Origin: a virus
Lineage: Duplodnaviria > Caudoviricetes
Virus record (IMG/VR): IMGVR_UViG_3300044959_000414
Reading direction: 5' to 3' (one strand)
Length of the DNA: 29,729 bases
The notes beneath the pieces are model-generated. The model made no database searches. It saw only the letters and a program-made list of their open reading frames with translations, and was not told where the DNA came from. Positions 25,634 through 29,729 of the stretch are shown here, piece by piece. The position numbers and the translations under genes are program-made. Within the stretch, counting starts at the first letter, position 1; the number at the start of each line of letters is the position of its first letter.

Positions 25634-26789
25634 CGATGTTCCACCGTTTGAGGTACTTCTGGGCCAGCTCGATCCGCTCGGGCCGCTGGTTCCGCAGGCT
25701 GCAGCTGCTCGGGTACGCCACGTCGAACGTCAGTGTGCCCGGCTTGCGGCCGTCGAGCGGCAGGAACTCGAAGCAGAAGGTGACCATCGTGACGTTGACC
25801 GACGACAGCGGCACGCGCTCCTTGTTGAGGACCTCGTCCAGCATGTCGTAGACGTCGTCCGGGCCGGCGTCGGGGTCGGCCTCCAGGACCATGCGCCGGT
25901 GGCTGTTCTTGAACGACAGCCGCAGCCGGCGGACGCGCGCCCGCACGCAGTCCTCGGGGTCCGTGGCCAGGGAGAAGGTCCGGTGCTTGAGCCCGTTCAG
26001 GTCGTAGGCCGCGTCGGGGTTCCAGTCCTCCAGCTCGACGCCCAGGACGATCTGGGCGAACAGCTCTTCCAGCCGCGGCTTGATCTTGGGCGGCACCTTG
26101 GCGAACAGCTCCAGCGTGCCCTCGGCGCGGTTGTAGGCGAAGACGATGGCGAACGTCTGGCGGAAGGTCCGCGGCGCGAGCTTGCCGTCCTGGTCGTGGG
26201 CGGTGACGTTCTGGACGAAGTCGTCGGGGTGGGCGAAGAAGTAGTCCGTCCCGCGGCGGGTGAGGGTTTCCACCGTGCAGACCTTGCCCCGCCCCTGCTC
26301 ACACAGCAGCAGGTCGGACAGGCCCTTTTCGAGCTGCTTGAGGGTCGCCGGCGACTTGTCCGGCTCGACCTGTGGCAGGTCCTTGCGCTTGCGCCACCAG
26401 GCCAGGTGCTCGACCTGGTGGATCAGGATCGCCCGGTTGACGATCTCAGTGCGGTTCAACCACGCCCACATCGCCTTGTGGTAGGGGCCGCCATCTTGCG
26501 GCATGGCGGCCGGCAGGTCGGGGTCGCCGGCCAAGACGCCGGCCTCGATGATGGCGCCGATCCCCGTCTCGCAGGCCAGATCGAAGACGTTGTGCAGCGC
26601 CCCCTCGACGTTGTCGAACTGAGCCGGCGTCAGCGCGTTCAGCGCCTGCACGATCGGCTCGATCTCGCGCTCGCCCAGCCCCTCCCACGCGATGCCGAGG
26701 TCGCCGTGCCCGAGCCGCTGGAAGAATTCCTTCAGCAGGCAGTTGGGAACCATCCTCAACACAGTCGGAATCGAAAACGCACGCGACAT
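25590..26789 (-). CDS. Hypothetical protein (399 aa)
   Basis: Start MSRAFSIPTV at ATG 26789 with a purine-rich RBS and strong GC3 bias; no domain recognised. Confidence 0.8.
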   Translation of the reverse strand: MSRAFSIPTVLRMVPNCLLKEFFQRLGHGDLGIAWEGLGEREIEPIVQALNALTPAQFDNVEGALHNVFDLACETGIGAIIEAGVLAGDPDLPAAMPQDGGPYHKAMWAWLNRTEIVNRAILIHQVEHLAWWRKRKDLPQVEPDKSPATLKQLEKGLSDLLLCEQGRGKVCTVETLTRRGTDYFFAHPDDFVQNVTAHDQDGKLAPRTFRQTFAIVFAYNRAEGTLELFAKVPPKIKPRLEELFAQIVLGVELEDWNPDAAYDLNGLKHRTFSLATDPEDCVRARVRRLRLSFKNSHRRMVLEADPDAGPDDVYDMLDEVLNKERVPLSSVNVTMVTFCFEFLPLDGRKPGTLTFDVAYPSSCSLRNQRPERIELAQKYLKRWNIDGVRSVAPDVAAAG

Positions 26790-26903
26790 GCCGCTTCGCC
26801 CCCTTTCCGTCACCGCCGGACGACACATCGGTGCCGCCGTCGGCCGGGTTCGTGGCGAAGCACCTTCGTTCGGACGAGACTTTCCGTTCCTATGAACGGC
26901 GGT

Positions 26904-26933
26904 ATAGTAACATGTTGGGCGGTGCCGAGACAA
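26904..26933 (-). promoter_or_regulatory. sigma70-type promoter TTGTCT-N18-TACTAT with extended -10 TG
   Basis: Read on the minus strand in an AT-richer intergenic gap about 115 bp upstream of ATG 26789. Confidence 0.55.
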
Positions 26934-26983
26934 CTTCAGAGTCGGCTTACAAGAGGATCGGAACCTCAGCAAGGTCAGATTTA

Positions 26984-27417
26984 CTAGTGGGTTGCGGCCT
27001 GTACGGGCTGTGCGGCCTGCGCCATTAATTCTTGCCACATCCGCCGCTGTTTTCCCCAATCCAGCGCAGCTGCAATCGGTTGCAGCTGGCGCAGGTGAAT
27101 CGGGTCACGGCCCCGGACGGTCCGGGGCAGGAACAAGATCGCCTCTTGGATGTCGGGGGCCAGGTAGACCAGGTTCATGATCTGGCTCACCCGCGCCCGG
27201 GTGACGTGCCCGAGGCGGGCCAGCTCGGTGTAGTGGGCGATCTCCCCGGCGCGGAGGAGGCTGTCGAACCGGATGGCCAGCGCCATCAGCCGGGCGATCC
27301 GCGGCACCCGGCCCGGCGTGGCCGGGCGCGGCGGCTCCCCGCCCGGCCGCAGCTCCTTGCGGCTGCCTCGGCCACGCCGGTAGAAGTGGACGTCACACTC
27401 GACGGTCAGCGTCTCGG

Positions 27418-27421
<4 letters not shown>
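26984..27421 (-). CDS. Recombinase-associated HTH protein (145 aa)
   Basis: YTELARLGHVTRARVSQIMNLVYLAPDIQEAIL HTH; ATGA-coupled to the recombinase. Confidence 0.75.
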
Positions 27422-28988
<1,567 letters not shown>

Positions 28989-28992
<4 letters not shown>

Positions 28993-29483
28993 CGGTCGTC
29001 TCCTTTCCCGCCCAGGCGGAAGAAGAAGTAGCCGTTGCAGTGCGACCCGGTGATCGCCTTGGCGACGGCGCTCAGGGAGCGATAGACCTGGCCTTCGTAC
29101 TCGAAGCCGTTGGGCAGGACCTTTACCTGCACCGTCTCGCCCCGGTACTCGCGGGTAATCAGCGTGCCCGGCGGCGGCAGGCGGTCGTCGGGCTTGAAGG
29201 GCAGGACCTTGGTCGCCGCCGGCTCGGCCGCAGCGACCGGGAGTGCCTTGGGCGGGTTCATCCGCAGGTCAGCGTCATTGGCCAGCTCGGCGGCGCGCTG
29301 GCGGGCGCGTTCGGACAGGTCGCCCTCGGCCAGCGCCTGCAGCCGCCAGGCGATCCGGCGGACCAGCCACGTCTGGTTGTGGGCCGGCGTCTCCTCGCCG
29401 AAGACTTCGGCGTACTTGTCCCGCAGCTCCTTGACGGTCATCCGTCCGAGGGCGGCGAGTTCTCTTGCCACATTCAGGCTCAT
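28989..29483 (-). CDS. DUF2924-family protein (164 aa)
   Basis: LVRRIAWRLQALAEGDLS...PPPGTLITREYRG...GFEYEGQVYRSLSAVAKAITGSHCNGYFFFRL; GGAGG RBS; ATGA-coupled to the recombinase. Confidence 0.88.
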
Positions 29484-29516
29484 TGATGTCCTCCGCGTTG
29501 GGGTTCTCGGCGGGCG

Positions 29517-29729
29517 TCAACCGTTCTGGACACTGAGCACGGTTTCGCCGTGAACCTCAAGGCAATCTCGCTCGGTTTTCGCCGGATTTTCCGGGCCGGG
29601 ATGCTCGGCCAGGCCGGCGACCCGCGCGGGGTGGGCGCGGAGGCGCAGCACGCCCGCGGCGAGGAGGCGGGCGACCTCGCGGAGGCGTTCTTGGGGGGTG
29701 AGGGACAAGGGATCGTCGCACAGTCGCAT
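29517..29729 (-). CDS. Small hypothetical protein (70 aa)
   Basis: LTPQERLREVARLLAAGVLRL helix upstream of the DUF2924 gene; upstream context is not visible. Confidence 0.55.
   Translation of the reverse strand: MRLCDDPLSLTPQERLREVARLLAAGVLRLRAHPARVAGLAEHPGPENPAKTERDCLEVHGETVLSVQNG

Overview
The window is a GC-rich, almost entirely minus-strand operon array that reads as an integrated temperate tailed-phage (siphovirus-like) genome or phage-derived element. It is cut exactly at a start codon (29729) and a stop codon (1), so no att sites or host genes are visible. From the right end the modules are: (1) DUF2924-like protein, large serine recombinase and HTH partner; (2) a two-gene uncharacterised cassette behind a sigma70-like promoter; (3) a hairpin-rich leader and an element-encoded ECF-like sigma factor; (4) replication/recombination genes (AAA ATPase, DUF669/SSB-like, RusA, SF2 helicase, Prim-Pol/DUF3987) followed by an iteron-rich putative origin; (5) ParB-methyltransferase, DUF1937-like protein and a counter-oriented histone-like winged-helix gene; (6) lambda-type packaging and head genes; (7) neck and tail genes, interrupted by a signal-peptide trypsin-like protease and ending in a Ser/Gly-rich fibre-like protein. 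The most notable signals are a 49-bp promoter-like motif repeated ahead of the replication and head operons, no recognisable CI/Cro switch or holin/endolysin in the window, an apparently split or duplicated small-terminase HTH, and a 32-bp phased repeat hidden in two unrelated coding sequences. A Planctomycetota host is an inference from recalled gene content. All family calls come from motif recognition by eye, not database searches.
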